This document shows, piece after piece, positions 1-9,313 of a stretch of DNA of 64,000 bases. Source of the stretch: an uncultured Prevotellaceae bacterium (GTDB lineage Bacteria; Bacteroidota; Bacteroidia; Bacteroidales; Muribaculaceae). The translations under genes and the position numbers were made by a program. Within the stretch, counting starts at the first letter, position 1; each line of letters opens with the position of its first letter. Below the pieces are notes generated by a model that worked only from the letters and a program-made list of their open reading frames with translations, made no database searches and had not been told where the DNA came from. Where the stretch lies: NCBI GenBank assembly GCA_947254205.1, contig CAMYCE010000001.1, positions 35,274 to 99,273 on the forward strand. The letters run 5' to 3'.

Positions 1-2383
1 CTTTGAGCCTGATGCCCTGCCCTTGCGCATTATAAAGCATGATGTTTTCGATGTCTTCGATCGAGTGACGATGGGCAGGGTCATGCATCACCTTGATGGC
101 ATATTCATCGCCATCTTCGCGGAAGTAGCTTGCCGTTGAGCCATTGATGCGACTGCGCAACGCCGATGCTGCCGAGGTGATGTTCAAGCCATAGCGTCCC
201 AACTTTTCGCGGTCGAAATCAACTTGATATTCGGGTTGATAGTCGCTGCGGCTGATGCTGATGTCGGCAGCCCCTTTCACCTTTTGCAAGATGCCCTTGA
301 GCTGGCGTGCCACACTATCGGTTTTGTCGAAGTCGTAGCCATAGATTTCATAGACGAGAGTGGATTGTCCGCTCATGCCACCACCACCACGGTTACCACC
401 CACATTCACCATGTATTTTTTGATTTCGGGATATTGCTCCAAGTCGTTGCGCATGTCGGCGGCAATATCGGCAATGCCACGCTTGCGGTCTTTCACACTC
501 GTGAGCAAGATGTTCATGGAAATGATGTGCGATCCATTGTCTTGCATCGAGGCATAGGTGTTGTCGCTACCTGCCTGACCAACGGTGTAGTTAAACACCT
601 TGATTTCGGGATATTTCTTGCTCCATTGCTCATAGATGCGATGACTCACGTCTTTGGCGATTTCAACACGGGTGCCAATGGGCAATTCCACAGTCACTCC
701 CAAGCGACCATTATCGCTCATGGGGAAAAACTCGCTACCAATGAATTTGGCAATTTGAGTTGTAGCCACAAAGATGAGCACTACCGCCAAAGTAGTTATC
801 CTGCGATGAGTGACAACCTTGTTGAGAAACCACGAGAACCCATTGTCGATAGCATCGAGCCCTCGCTCAATAGGACCATAAATTTTCTCAAACAAAGTGC
901 TTTTGCCCGGGCGCAGGCGCAACATGCGACTACACAACATGGGAGTGAGCGAGAGGGCACTTGCCGTTGAAATAATCATCATGATGGTCACCATCCAACC
1001 CAGTTGGCGGAAGATCACACCGGTCATGCCCGTGACGAGCGTGAGGGGGAAGAACACAGCAATCAGAGTGAGCGTTGAGGCTATTACCGAGATGGCAACC
1101 TCATTGGTGCCATGCACAGCAGCCTGCTTGGGGTGGGCTCCACGCTCGATGTGGGTGGTCACATTTTCAAGCACCACAATGGCATCATCGACCACCATGC
1201 CAATGGAAATTGAAAGGGCCGAGAGCGAGATGATGTTGAGCGAGTTGCCGGTAGCATAGAGATAGATGAATGAAGCTATCAACGAGATGGGAATGGTGAG
1301 CAAAATAATCACCGTTGCACGCCACCTGCCCAAGAAGAAGAACACCACAATGCCCACAAAGAGCAAGGCATAGAGCACCGTTTCAACGAGCGAGTTGATG
1401 GTGTTGTGAATGTTGTCGGAGGTGTCGACAATGTAGTCGAGCTTGATGTCGCTGGGCAGATTTTTCTCGATAGAGGGCAAAGCGGCTTTAATTTTGTTGG
1501 AAATTTCTACCGAGTTGGCACCACTTTGCTTTTGCACGATAATCATGGCACCTTTGTTGCCGTTGTTGTAGGTTTCTTGAGCACGCTCCTCGTTGGAGTC
1601 GTCGATGCGAGCCACATCGCTCAAGTGCACCACTGCTCCATTAAAAGAGCCCACCACGAGGTTTTGCATCTCTTTGGGTTCTTTATATTCGCCCTGCACA
1701 CGCAAGGCATAGGTGTCGGAGCCAATGTCGAAGGTGCCACCGGGAATGTTTCGGTTTTCGGCACCAATGAGCGAAGCAACCGCTTCGGCCGAGAGATGAT
1801 AGGCCTCAAGGCGTGCAGGGTCGAGATAAACGTGAATTTCACGCTTGGGTGCTCCCACCACGCTCACCGAGCCCACACCATCAACACGAGCCAGCGAGTT
1901 GGCCACATCTTCATCGAGAATCTTATAGAGTCCGGGCAAGCTTTCATTGGCCTGTGCCGAGAGCATGACGATGGGAATCATGTCGCTACTAAACTTGAAC
2001 AAGACGGGTGTCTTGGCATCATCGGGCAACAAGCTCGTCACCATGTCGAGCTTGTCGCGCACATTGTTGGTGAGTGCATCGATGTTGTAGCCATATTCAA
2101 ACTCCAGCGTGATGATAGATATATTTTCTTTTGAATTGGAAGAGATGTGCTTGAGGTGCTCCACCGAGTTAAGGGTGTTTTCGAGCGGACGAGTCACATT
2201 TTGCTCAATATCTTGAGCACTTGCTCCCTGATAGGTTGTCATCACCATAATGGTGTTGGTGTCGATATCGGGAATCAAGCCGATGGGCAATTTTGCCAGC
2301 GAAAACAAGCCTATGATGATGACTGCCACAAACACAAGTATGGTAGTCACCGGCCGTTTTACTGCACTTGAATATAAACTCAT
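1..2383 (-). CDS. RND (HAE1/AcrB-MexB family) efflux permease, N-terminal ~794 codons; the 3' end lies beyond the window start
   Basis: Reverse complement from 2383 reads MSLYSSAVKRPVTTILVFVAVIIIGLFSLAKLPIGLIPDIDTNTIMVMTTYQGASAQDIEQNVTRPLE..., a typical AcrB N-terminus. The frame stays open to position 1, and because its stop lies outside the window it is absent from the ORF track. It sits directly downstream of the MFP gene. Confidence 0.85.
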   Translation of the reverse strand, partial: MSLYSSAVKRPVTTILVFVAVIIIGLFSLAKLPIGLIPDIDTNTIMVMTTYQGASAQDIEQNVTRPLENTLNSVEHLKHISSNSKENISIITLEFEYGYNIDALTNNVRDKLDMVTSLLPDDAKTPVLFKFSSDMIPIVMLSAQANESLPGLYKILDEDVANSLARVDGVGSVSVVGAPKREIHVYLDPARLEAYHLSAEAVASLIGAENRNIPGGTFDIGSDTYALRVQGEYKEPKEMQNLVVGSFNGAVVHLSDVARIDDSNEERAQETYNNGNKGAMIIVQKQSGANSVEISNKIKAALPSIEKNLPSDIKLDYIVDTSDNIHNTINSLVETVLYALLFVGIVVFFFLGRWRATVIILLTIPISLIASFIYLYATGNSLNIISLSALSISIGMVVDDAIVVLENVTTHIERGAHPKQAAVHGTNEVAISVIASTLTLIAVFFPLTLVTGMTGVIFRQLGWMVTIMMIISTASALSLTPMLCSRMLRLRPGKSTLFEKIYGPIERGLDAIDNGFSWFLNKVVTHRRITTLAVVLIFVATTQIAKFIGSEFFPMSDNGRLGVTVELPIGTRVEIAKDVSHRIYEQWSKKYPEIKVFNYTVGQAGSDNTYASMQDNGSHIISMNILLTSVKDRKRGIADIAADMRNDLEQYPEIKKYMVNVGGNRGGGGMSGQSTLVYEIYGYDFDKTDSVARQLKGILQKVKGAADISISRSDYQPEYQVDFDREKLGRYGLNITSAASALRSRINGSTASYFREDGDEYAIKVMHDPAHRHSIEDIENIMLYNAQGQGIRLK

Positions 2384-2420
2384 TGAAATATAGGGTTTTG
2401 AGAGTTTTTGATGTATCTTA

Positions 2421-3446
2421 TTATTTCATTCTCACTTTGGTGCCATTGCTCAATTTCGATTGGCCGGCAGTCACCACTTTCATGCCGGGAGTGAGCCCGG
2501 AGAGCACTTCCCAACGATTGTCGAGGCGACGGCCCAGAGTGATTTCACGGAATTTGACTGTGCCATTGTCTTCGGCAGTGTAGACATAGCGCACACCCGA
2601 GCCCGGTTGTTTTTGCACTGCCTTGTCGCTAATCACAACATTGCGACTTGAGCCAAAGTTAAAGCTCACACGGCCAAACATGCCAGAGTGCACTTTGTCG
2701 CCTCGGTTGTTGATCGTGACTTCAACTTTGAAAGTGCGGCTTGTGGGGTCGATAGTGGGGTGAATGAGATAGACCTGCCCGCTAAAGTTTTCGCCCTCAT
2801 AGGTGTCGAATGTGACGTTCACCCCCATTCCCTTCTTGATTTTGGGCAAGTCGGTTTCGTTCACGTCAACCACCACTTTAAGAGGTTGTTGCTGCTCAAT
2901 CACAAGAATGGGGAGTCCCGATGGCAGGTCGCCATTGTTGTAGTTGCGAGTAGTGACAACACCACTAATGGGGCTGGTGAGCACCGTGTTTTCTTGCATG
3001 GTGCGCAAGGCTCGTGCATTGGCATCATATTGGGCTTGCAACTGGTCGACAGCTTGTTGTGTGCCACCGCCAATGCGCACCAACTCGCGTGCACGATTCA
3101 AGTCGCGACGCTGTGCCGCCATGGCAATTTGTTGCTGTGCAATGTTCACGTCGTCGAGCGCCACAAGAGCTTGCCCTGCATGCACATGGCTTCCCACATC
3201 AACCATGATGCGCTTAATGCGATTCATGCCCGTTGCCGAGATGCTATTGGTTTTGAATGCCTCTACTGTGGCAGTATATTCACTGGTGAGTTGCACAGTT
3301 TCCTCGCTGGCAAGCTGGGTTTCAACAATGGGGGCCTCTTCTTTCTCGACCTTCACTTCTTGTTTTTTCTTGCCCGAGCATGCGGTTGCAGTGATGAGTG
3401 CCACACCCGTGAGTACCGCAAGAGCCATTTTCATTTTTGTTTTCAT
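2421..3446 (-). CDS. RND efflux membrane fusion protein (periplasmic adaptor, HlyD/AcrA family), lipoprotein
   Basis: 341 aa. Signal peptide plus lipobox (LITATACSG), coiled-coil region (AQQQIAMAAQRRDLNRARELV) and beta-barrel/MP domains. Sits between the TolC-like and AcrB-like genes. Confidence 0.85.
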   Translation of the reverse strand: MKTKMKMALAVLTGVALITATACSGKKKQEVKVEKEEAPIVETQLASEETVQLTSEYTATVEAFKTNSISATGMNRIKRIMVDVGSHVHAGQALVALDDVNIAQQQIAMAAQRRDLNRARELVRIGGGTQQAVDQLQAQYDANARALRTMQENTVLTSPISGVVTTRNYNNGDLPSGLPILVIEQQQPLKVVVDVNETDLPKIKKGMGVNVTFDTYEGENFSGQVYLIHPTIDPTSRTFKVEVTINNRGDKVHSGMFGRVSFNFGSSRNVVISDKAVQKQPGSGVRYVYTAEDNGTVKFREITLGRRLDNRWEVLSGLTPGMKVVTAGQSKLSNGTKVRMK

Positions 3447-3468
3447 ATCCTTCTTTTATCGTTTTGTG

Positions 3469-4830
3469 TTATTTGTTGCTGTTGTTGGTGTAATTGTTCA
3501 CCGGAGCTGTGCCCAGCACCAATTCAAGATTGCTCTCGGCCACCAAATAGTTATAGATGGCTTGATAATAAGAGAGCTGTGCGCTCATGAGTGCATCTTC
3601 GGTGTCGCGCAACTGAATAAAAGTGCCTGCACCAATTTTGAAACTTTGTTGCATGATTTCGTTGGCCTTGGTTGCTTGTTTCATGCTGCCGGCGTTGGTC
3701 TCGACCTGCTTGAGACTTTTGCTGATGTTGTCGAGCTGATTTTGCACTTGAATGTGAAGTGAGCGTTGCAAGTTTTGGCGTTGCCACTTCATCTCATCGA
3801 GCTGTATTTGTGCTTGTTTTTGCTTATAGTAGCGTTGTCCGCCCTGAAACAGCGGAAACGACACTGTGATGCCCACGGTCGAGAAGCCACTCCACTTGAA
3901 GTGGGAAAACGGGTTGCCGTTGCTATAGGAACTCCACATCACATTGGCATTGCCGGTGACAGTGGGCAGCCAAGCCGCCTTTTGGGTGTTGAGCAGCTTT
4001 TGCAAATAGTCGGTTTTCAAGTCAAGGCTTTTCATGCTCGTGTTGTTGACCAGTGACGTGTCGGCAGCCACATTGTGCTGTGCCATCAAGCTCTTGAAAT
4101 GATCGAGCGACTGTGCCGGCTCTACCTTCACCCCTGCATCGATGCCAAGAAGCAACGAGAGTTGCAGGGTGAGTTGATTGATTGAGTTTTCGGCCTCAAG
4201 AATCGACGGCTCCATGTTGGTCACAGCCACATTGGCACGCAACACGTCATATTCTGATGCTGTGCCAATCTTGTGTTTTTTGTCAAAAATTTCGGCATTG
4301 AGCTTGGCCGTGGCGTGATTTTCTTCAAGCACTTTTTTGGAGTCTTGAGCCAGCAAGAGGGCATAATAGGCATTTTTCACTTGATTCACCAGTTGCAGCT
4401 TTGAGGCACGTGCCGTCTCAAGGTTTTGCAAAATTTGGTTATCGCTCAATTGGAGTGATTTCCACAATTGTGGCATGTAGATGGGGATTGTTGCGCTAAA
4501 ACCTGTTGTGTAGCTGTTGTCTTGTCCCATTTTAATGCCCACCACGCCATTGCCGGTGTCCATATACATCGTTTGCTTCGACAAGGTGCGGCTATATTGG
4601 CCCGTGAAATTCACACTGGGCAAGAGTTGTCCCCATGCCTCTTTTTTGGAATAGTCAACCCGTTGAAGTTCCATGTTGTTGATTTTCACTGTTGGGTTCT
4701 CATTGAGAGCAATGCCAATGCATTCGTCGAGGGTGAGCTTGAGCGTGCCCTCTTGCCCTGCCTGTGCCATGGGAGTGGCCATCAAGAGCACAATGGCGCA
4801 AGCGGCTTGTAATAGATTTCGTTTTGTCAT
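3469..4830 (-). CDS. TolC-family outer membrane efflux protein
   Basis: 453 aa with a signal peptide and two tandem OEP repeats (LQLSDNQILQNLETARASKLQ..., ...LQRSLHIQVQNQLDN). First gene of the efflux operon and overlaps the TetR stop. Confidence 0.85.
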   Translation of the reverse strand: MTKRNLLQAACAIVLLMATPMAQAGQEGTLKLTLDECIGIALNENPTVKINNMELQRVDYSKKEAWGQLLPSVNFTGQYSRTLSKQTMYMDTGNGVVGIKMGQDNSYTTGFSATIPIYMPQLWKSLQLSDNQILQNLETARASKLQLVNQVKNAYYALLLAQDSKKVLEENHATAKLNAEIFDKKHKIGTASEYDVLRANVAVTNMEPSILEAENSINQLTLQLSLLLGIDAGVKVEPAQSLDHFKSLMAQHNVAADTSLVNNTSMKSLDLKTDYLQKLLNTQKAAWLPTVTGNANVMWSSYSNGNPFSHFKWSGFSTVGITVSFPLFQGGQRYYKQKQAQIQLDEMKWQRQNLQRSLHIQVQNQLDNISKSLKQVETNAGSMKQATKANEIMQQSFKIGAGTFIQLRDTEDALMSAQLSYYQAIYNYLVAESNLELVLGTAPVNNYTNNSNK

Positions 4831-5486
4831 ATTGTTGTAGTGCTGTTTTGCTTGGTTAAAAATTCATCGATCATGGAGAGGCCCTTCACTGTGGCTATGC
4901 CTCGCAACAGACTCACAAAGGTGGCATCAAACACCTCGATGCGCGAGAAGCCCAACTCGGCAATTTGCTCGCTTCGATTCACATGATCCATCTCCGAAAC
5001 AAAGATAAAGGCGGCAATGCTCGTGTTGATAGACTCAAGCACCAACCCCTCATGCTGAGCTTGCAAGAGGGTTTTACTAAGACCTTGAATGAAACCACGC
5101 TCATGAATGCGACGCCCGGCATAGATGTCGGGATAGAGTCGCTTGATTTCGTCGGTGAAGTTGATAGTTGTGCCCTGCATGAGGGTGCGCACCATGACAT
5201 AGATTTTGAAAAAAGCTTCAAAGCAGTTTTGCGATTGCGCAAAAATTTGTTGATGCTCACGTGTGCGTTGCTCATGAAGTGTGGCCAGGCACTCTTTCAC
5301 CAATTCTTTTTTGGTGGGAAAGGTTTCATATAGCGTGCGCTTCGACATGCCACAGCCACGAGCCACCATGTCCATGGTCATCGACGATGGACCGAGTCGC
5401 AGCAATTGCTTAATTGCTTCACTCAAAATTCTCTCTTTAAATGTGATTTCGCTCATTGTGAACTCTTGTTTATTTTGGTGGTGCAA
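4827..5486 (-). CDS. TetR/AcrR family transcriptional regulator
   Basis: 219 aa. N-terminal HTH (ILSEAIKQLLRLGPSSMTMDMVARGCGMSKRTLYETFPTKKELV). Sits upstream of the efflux genes with a 4-nt overlap to the next gene. Confidence 0.85.
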   Translation of the reverse strand: MHHQNKQEFTMSEITFKERILSEAIKQLLRLGPSSMTMDMVARGCGMSKRTLYETFPTKKELVKECLATLHEQRTREHQQIFAQSQNCFEAFFKIYVMVRTLMQGTTINFTDEIKRLYPDIYAGRRIHERGFIQGLSKTLLQAQHEGLVLESINTSIAAFIFVSEMDHVNRSEQIAELGFSRIEVFDATFVSLLRGIATVKGLSMIDEFLTKQNSTTTI

Positions 5487-5496
5487 AAGTAATGTA

Positions 5497-5533
5497 GAAA
5501 ACTTTGAAAACCAAAAAAGTTTTCAAAGTTTTC
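5497..5533. promoter_or_regulatory. Perfect 15-bp inverted repeat (GAAAACTTTGAAAAC-N7-GTTTTCAAAGTTTTC), candidate TetR operator in the divergent promoter region
   Basis: Seen directly in the sequence, 11-47 nt upstream of the TetR start, between TetR and the divergently transcribed DUF2461-like gene. Confidence 0.5.
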
Positions 5534-5577
5534 AGTTTTTTCACACATTTACCGAGAAAACAACTAACTTTGTAGAT

Positions 5578-6243
5578 ATGAAATCAAAAAGCGACATTAA
5601 AAAAGTCATTGTCTTTTTAGGGAAATTGCAAGACAACAACAACCGCGACTGGTTTAAAGAGCACAAAGACGAATATGACTCACTGCGCCAACCATGGGAG
5701 CAAGACATGGAGCGACTCATTGAGCTGGTGAGTGAATTTGACGATGGTTGCAGGGGACTATTGGTGAAAAACAGCGTGTATCGCATTTATCGCGATGTGA
5801 GATTTTCAAAAGACAAAAGCCCCTATAAAAACTATTTTTCGGGCGTGATAGGCCAAGGTGGCAGGCACACCAAGGTGTCGTGCAACTATGTGCACTTTCA
5901 GCCCAACAAAATCATGATTGGCGGTGGCATTTGGTGGCCCGAAAAACCTGTTCTCGATCAATTGCGCAGTCTCATTGATGCCGAGGGCGAAGAATTCTTG
6001 AAAATCACACAACCTTTGCTCTCGCAAGACTATGAATGGGAATGCGACACGCTCAAAAAAATGCCCAAAGCCTATGATGCCAGCAACCCCATGGCACAAT
6101 ACTTGAAGATGAAAGAATACATTCTCATCAAGCACGCCTCGCTCGACTATTTCGACTGCGACGACTGGGTGGAAAAAGTGGCTCACGACCTCAAGCAATT
6201 GCAGCCCATGCACGATTTCTTGAACTATGTGTTTGAGCCGTGA
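5578..6243 (+). CDS. Conserved hypothetical protein, DUF2461/TIGR02453-like
   Basis: The ORF-track frame 5281..6243 overlaps TetR, so the first internal ATG at 5578 (MKSKSDIKKVIVFLG...) was taken as the start. The motif YRIYRDVRFSKDKSPYK is characteristic of this family. Confidence 0.65.
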   Translation: MKSKSDIKKVIVFLGKLQDNNNRDWFKEHKDEYDSLRQPWEQDMERLIELVSEFDDGCRGLLVKNSVYRIYRDVRFSKDKSPYKNYFSGVIGQGGRHTKVSCNYVHFQPNKIMIGGGIWWPEKPVLDQLRSLIDAEGEEFLKITQPLLSQDYEWECDTLKKMPKAYDASNPMAQYLKMKEYILIKHASLDYFDCDDWVEKVAHDLKQLQPMHDFLNYVFEP

Positions 6244-6373
6244 CATCTCTCCCACTCTGCCACGCTATTTTTTATAAAAAAAGCAAAACAAAGCTAATTT
6301 TGCAACACAGCCTGCTGGTTATTTTTATATATTTGCAACAAAAATTTACAATAACAATAAAACAAACAACAAT

Positions 6374-6604
6374 ATGCCAAAAATAAGAGGAGCTGTTATT
6401 GTCAACAAAGAGCGCTGCAAGGGTTGCAACCTGTGTGTTGTGGCTTGCCCATGCAGTGTGCTACAACTACAAGAACACGAAGTCAACAACCGAGGCTATC
6501 ACTACTCACACATGGCCCAAGCCGAGAAATGTATTGGTTGCCAGAGTTGTGCATTGGTGTGCCCCGATGCCTGCATTGAGGTTTATAGGGTTGTTGAAAA
6601 ATAA
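6374..6604 (+). CDS. 2-oxoacid:ferredoxin oxidoreductase delta subunit (2x[4Fe-4S] ferredoxin)
   Basis: 76 aa with two CxxCxxCxxxCP motifs ([24 protein letters not shown]). Sits immediately upstream of the alpha, beta and gamma genes. Confidence 0.8.
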   Translation: MPKIRGAVIVNKERCKGCNLCVVACPCSVLQLQEHEVNNRGYHYSHMAQAEKCIGCQSCALVCPDACIEVYRVVEK

Positions 6605-6633
6605 AAAAAACACCTCCACGTTTAAGATTAACA

Positions 6634-7722
6634 ATGAAAGAAGAAGTGAAATTGATGAAGGGCAATGAAGCCCTTGCAATGGCCGCAATACGCTACGGAG
6701 CCGACGGATACTTTGGCTACCCCATCACCCCGCAATCGGAAGTGCTGGAGAAACTCGAAGAAGAAATGCCTTGGGACACCACCGGCATGGTGGTGTTGCA
6801 AGCCGAGAGTGAAATCGCCGCCATCAACATGGTGTATGCCGGCGCAAGTTGTGGAAAGGCTGTGATGACCACCACCTCAAGCCCCGGCTTTAGCCTCATG
6901 CAAGAGGCTGTGTCCTATATTGCAGCAAGCGAAGTGCCTGCCTTGCTGGTCAACGTGATGCGCGGTGGCCCCGGACTGGGCACCATACACCCCTCGCAAG
7001 CCGACTATTTTCAAGCTACCAAGGGTGGCGGACATGGCGACTATCGCATGATTGTGCTCGCCCCATCGAGCGTGCAAGAAATGACCGACTTTGTGGCACT
7101 GGGTTGGGACTTAGCGTTTAAATATCGCTGCATTTCCTTGATTCTTGCCGATGGACTCATTGGGCAACTCATGGAAAAAGTGGTGTTGCCCGAGCAACGC
7201 CCTCGCCGCACCGAAGAAGAAATCAGGCAACAATGCCCTTGGGCTCTCACAGGCCGAGGGGGCATGAGACCCAAAAATGTGGTGACATCGCTCGAGCTCG
7301 ACGACGACAAGATGGAAGAAAACAACCTGCGTTTTCAAGCCACCTATCGCGAAATTGAGAAGAACGAAAAACGTTGCGAACTCGTGAATTGCGATGATGC
7401 CGAATATTTGATAGTGGCATTTGGCAGTCAAGCGCGTGTGACCATGAAAACCATGGAACTGGCGCGCGAAGAGGGGCTCAAAGTGGGGCTTGCCCGCCCC
7501 ATCACCTTGTGGCCTTTCCCCGACGAGCACATCAGGCAAGCTGCCGGGCAAGCCAAAGGTATTCTCGTTGTTGAACTCGATGCCGGGCAGATGATTGAAG
7601 ACGTGAAACTCGCTGTGAATTGCAATATTCCGGTTGAGTTATATGGTCGCTTGGGAGGCAATGTGCCCCCCCCCGACGAGGTGTTACTCGCCTTGAAAGA
7701 AAAGTTTATTAACAAGAAATAA
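6634..7722 (+). CDS. 2-oxoacid (2-oxoglutarate/2-ketoisovalerate):ferredoxin oxidoreductase alpha subunit
   Basis: 362 aa. The KGNEALAMAAIRYGADGYFGYPITPQSE... pyruvate-flavodoxin/ferredoxin oxidoreductase domain. The start could instead be the ATG at 6646. Confidence 0.85.
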   Translation: MKEEVKLMKGNEALAMAAIRYGADGYFGYPITPQSEVLEKLEEEMPWDTTGMVVLQAESEIAAINMVYAGASCGKAVMTTTSSPGFSLMQEAVSYIAASEVPALLVNVMRGGPGLGTIHPSQADYFQATKGGGHGDYRMIVLAPSSVQEMTDFVALGWDLAFKYRCISLILADGLIGQLMEKVVLPEQRPRRTEEEIRQQCPWALTGRGGMRPKNVVTSLELDDDKMEENNLRFQATYREIEKNEKRCELVNCDDAEYLIVAFGSQARVTMKTMELAREEGLKVGLARPITLWPFPDEHIRQAAGQAKGILVVELDAGQMIEDVKLAVNCNIPVELYGRLGGNVPPPDEVLLALKEKFINKK

Positions 7723-8513
7723 TGGGAGGTTATAACAAAATGGAACTCAAAGATATTGTCAAACCCGAAAATCTTGTTTACAAGAAACCTGCGTTGCTCA
7801 ACGACGCCCACATGCACTATTGCCCGGGCTGTAGCCATGGTGTGGTGCACAAGCTGGTGGCACAAGTGATTGAAGAAATGGAGGCCACCGAGATAGCCAT
7901 TGGCGTGTCGCCGGTGGGCTGTGCCGTGTTTGCCTACAACTATATCGACATCGACTGGTGTGAAGCTGCCCACGGCAGAGCCACTGCCATGGCAACAGCT
8001 ATCAAGCGATTGCAACCCGGCAAGATGGTTTTCTCCTATCAAGGCGATGGTGACTTTGCAGCCATTGGCACAGCCGAGTCGATTCATGCCTGCAACCGTG
8101 GCGAGAACATTGTGATTATCTTCATCAACAACGCCATTTATGGCATGACAGGCGGCCAAATGGCCCCCACCACTCTCATGGGACAAAAAACCGCCACTTG
8201 CCCCTATGGCCGACGTGCCGACTTGAATGGCTACCCGCTGGCCATCACGCCACTGCTGGCGCAACTCGATGGCACTGGCTATGTGACCCGCCAAGCAGTG
8301 CACACTGCCGCGGCAGTGCGCAAGGCCAAGGCAGCCATTCGCCATGCCTTTGAAAACAGCATGAACGGCAAGGGAACCTCGGTGGTTGAGATTGTGAGCA
8401 CCTGCAACACTGGGTGGAAGATGTCGCCCCAAAAAGCCAACGACTGGATGGTTGAGCACATGTTTGCCAAGTATCCGCTGGGCGACCTTAAAGATATTGA
8501 TGCAAAGAAATGA
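7722..8513 (+). CDS. 2-oxoacid:ferredoxin oxidoreductase beta subunit (TPP-binding)
   Basis: 263 aa. The CPGCSHG Cys motif and the TPP-binding GDGDxxAIG...IFINNAIYGMTGGQ region. The start overlaps the alpha-subunit stop. Confidence 0.85.
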   Translation: MGGYNKMELKDIVKPENLVYKKPALLNDAHMHYCPGCSHGVVHKLVAQVIEEMEATEIAIGVSPVGCAVFAYNYIDIDWCEAAHGRATAMATAIKRLQPGKMVFSYQGDGDFAAIGTAESIHACNRGENIVIIFINNAIYGMTGGQMAPTTLMGQKTATCPYGRRADLNGYPLAITPLLAQLDGTGYVTRQAVHTAAAVRKAKAAIRHAFENSMNGKGTSVVEIVSTCNTGWKMSPQKANDWMVEHMFAKYPLGDLKDIDAKK

Positions 8514-9088
8514 TGGAGGACAAAGCAATGAAAGAAGAATTGATTATAGCCGGATTTGGCGGACAAGGAGTGCTCTCGATGGGCAAAATTCTTGCCTATT
8601 CGGGACTCATGGAAGACAAAGAGGTGACTTGGATGCCATCTTATGGACCAGAACAGCGTGGTGGCACAGCCAACGTGACGGTGATATTGAGCGATGAGCG
8701 CATCAGCTCGCCCGTGCTCAATGCTTTTGACACCGTGATTGTGCTCAATCAACAAAGCCTCGACCGCTTTGAAAGCAAGGTTAAACCCGGAGGCATTCTC
8801 ATCTACGACAGCTATGGCATTCACACTCCACCCAAGCGCACCGACATCAAAATCTACAAGATTGATGCCACCGAGGCATCAATCGAGATGCAAAATGCCA
8901 AGTCGTTTAACATGATTGTGCTGGGTGCCTATCTCAAGGTGAAACCCACTGTGAGCATGGAAAGTGTGATTAAAGGCTTGAAGAAAAGCCTGCCCGAACG
9001 CCACTGGAATCTCATTCCCATGAATGAAGAAGCGCTCAAAAAAGGAGCAAGCCTCGTTGCCCCCCAATCGGTCATTAGGTCGCAATAA
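8510..9088 (+). CDS. 2-oxoacid:ferredoxin oxidoreductase gamma subunit
   Basis: 192 aa. IIAGFGGQGVLSMGKILA... is the gamma-subunit signature. The last ~8 codons and the stop codon lie inside MITE copy 1. Confidence 0.85.
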   Translation: MMEDKAMKEELIIAGFGGQGVLSMGKILAYSGLMEDKEVTWMPSYGPEQRGGTANVTVILSDERISSPVLNAFDTVIVLNQQSLDRFESKVKPGGILIYDSYGIHTPPKRTDIKIYKIDATEASIEMQNAKSFNMIVLGAYLKVKPTVSMESVIKGLKKSLPERHWNLIPMNEEALKKGASLVAPQSVIRSQ

Positions 9089-9152
9089 GAAAATATCTTA
9101 GGCTTTTCCTTGCCTTTGTCAAAAACAAAGAAACCTAATGACCGATTTGGGT
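9063..9152. repeat. MITE-like element, copy 1 (short, internally deleted, inverted relative to copies 2 and 3)
   Basis: The ends CCCAATCGGTCATTAGGT...ACCTAATGACCGATTTGGGTT match the terminal inverted repeats of the 185-bp element at 45763, 60283 and 61914. The interior (cgcaataagaaaatatcttaggcttttccttgcctttgtca) equals the reverse complement of the right end of copy 3. Confidence 0.75.
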
Positions 9153-9192
9153 TGAAGAGTAGCATGGTGCACAACCATTATTGCAAAACAAG

Positions 9193-9232
9193 GGCACAAC
9201 TCGCTGTGGTTGCAGGGTTGTGCCTTTACTGT
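9193..9232 (+). terminator. Hairpin (GGCACAAC-N16-GTTGTGCC) followed by a T-rich tract; candidate terminator of the kor operon
   Basis: Seen in the sequence, downstream of the kor stop and of the inserted repeat. Confidence 0.4.
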
Positions 9233-9313
9233 ACCGGTCACCCACGAGTGCCTTTAATTGAGAAAATTGACCAACATGCCAAATTGCCTGAATGGCTTTT
9301 TGAATTGTGAGGC

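Noticed and set aside
224-2134. Plus-strand ORFs 224..970, 897..1259 and 1406..2134
   Set aside because: Antisense to the AcrB-like pump gene, whose minus-strand frame is open across the whole region.
5281-5577. N-terminal extension of the ORF-track frame for the DUF2461-like gene
   Set aside because: It overlaps the TetR gene and the palindromic operator. The conserved protein begins at the internal Met at 5578.
6298-6335. Bacteroides-type promoter (-33 TTTG / -7 TATATTTG) upstream of the kor operon
   Set aside because: The -7 motif TAnnTTTG is present at 6328-6335. The nearest upstream TTTG is 26 nt away, against the expected ~19-21 nt, so it was not called as a feature.
8929-9174. Short ORFs inside MITE copies: 8929..9174(-), 45760..45957(-), 45821..46009(+) and 60133..60330(+)
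   Set aside because: They lie within, or are largely composed of, the repeat element. Their translations share fragments only because the DNA is repeated, and there is no start context. Judged spurious.
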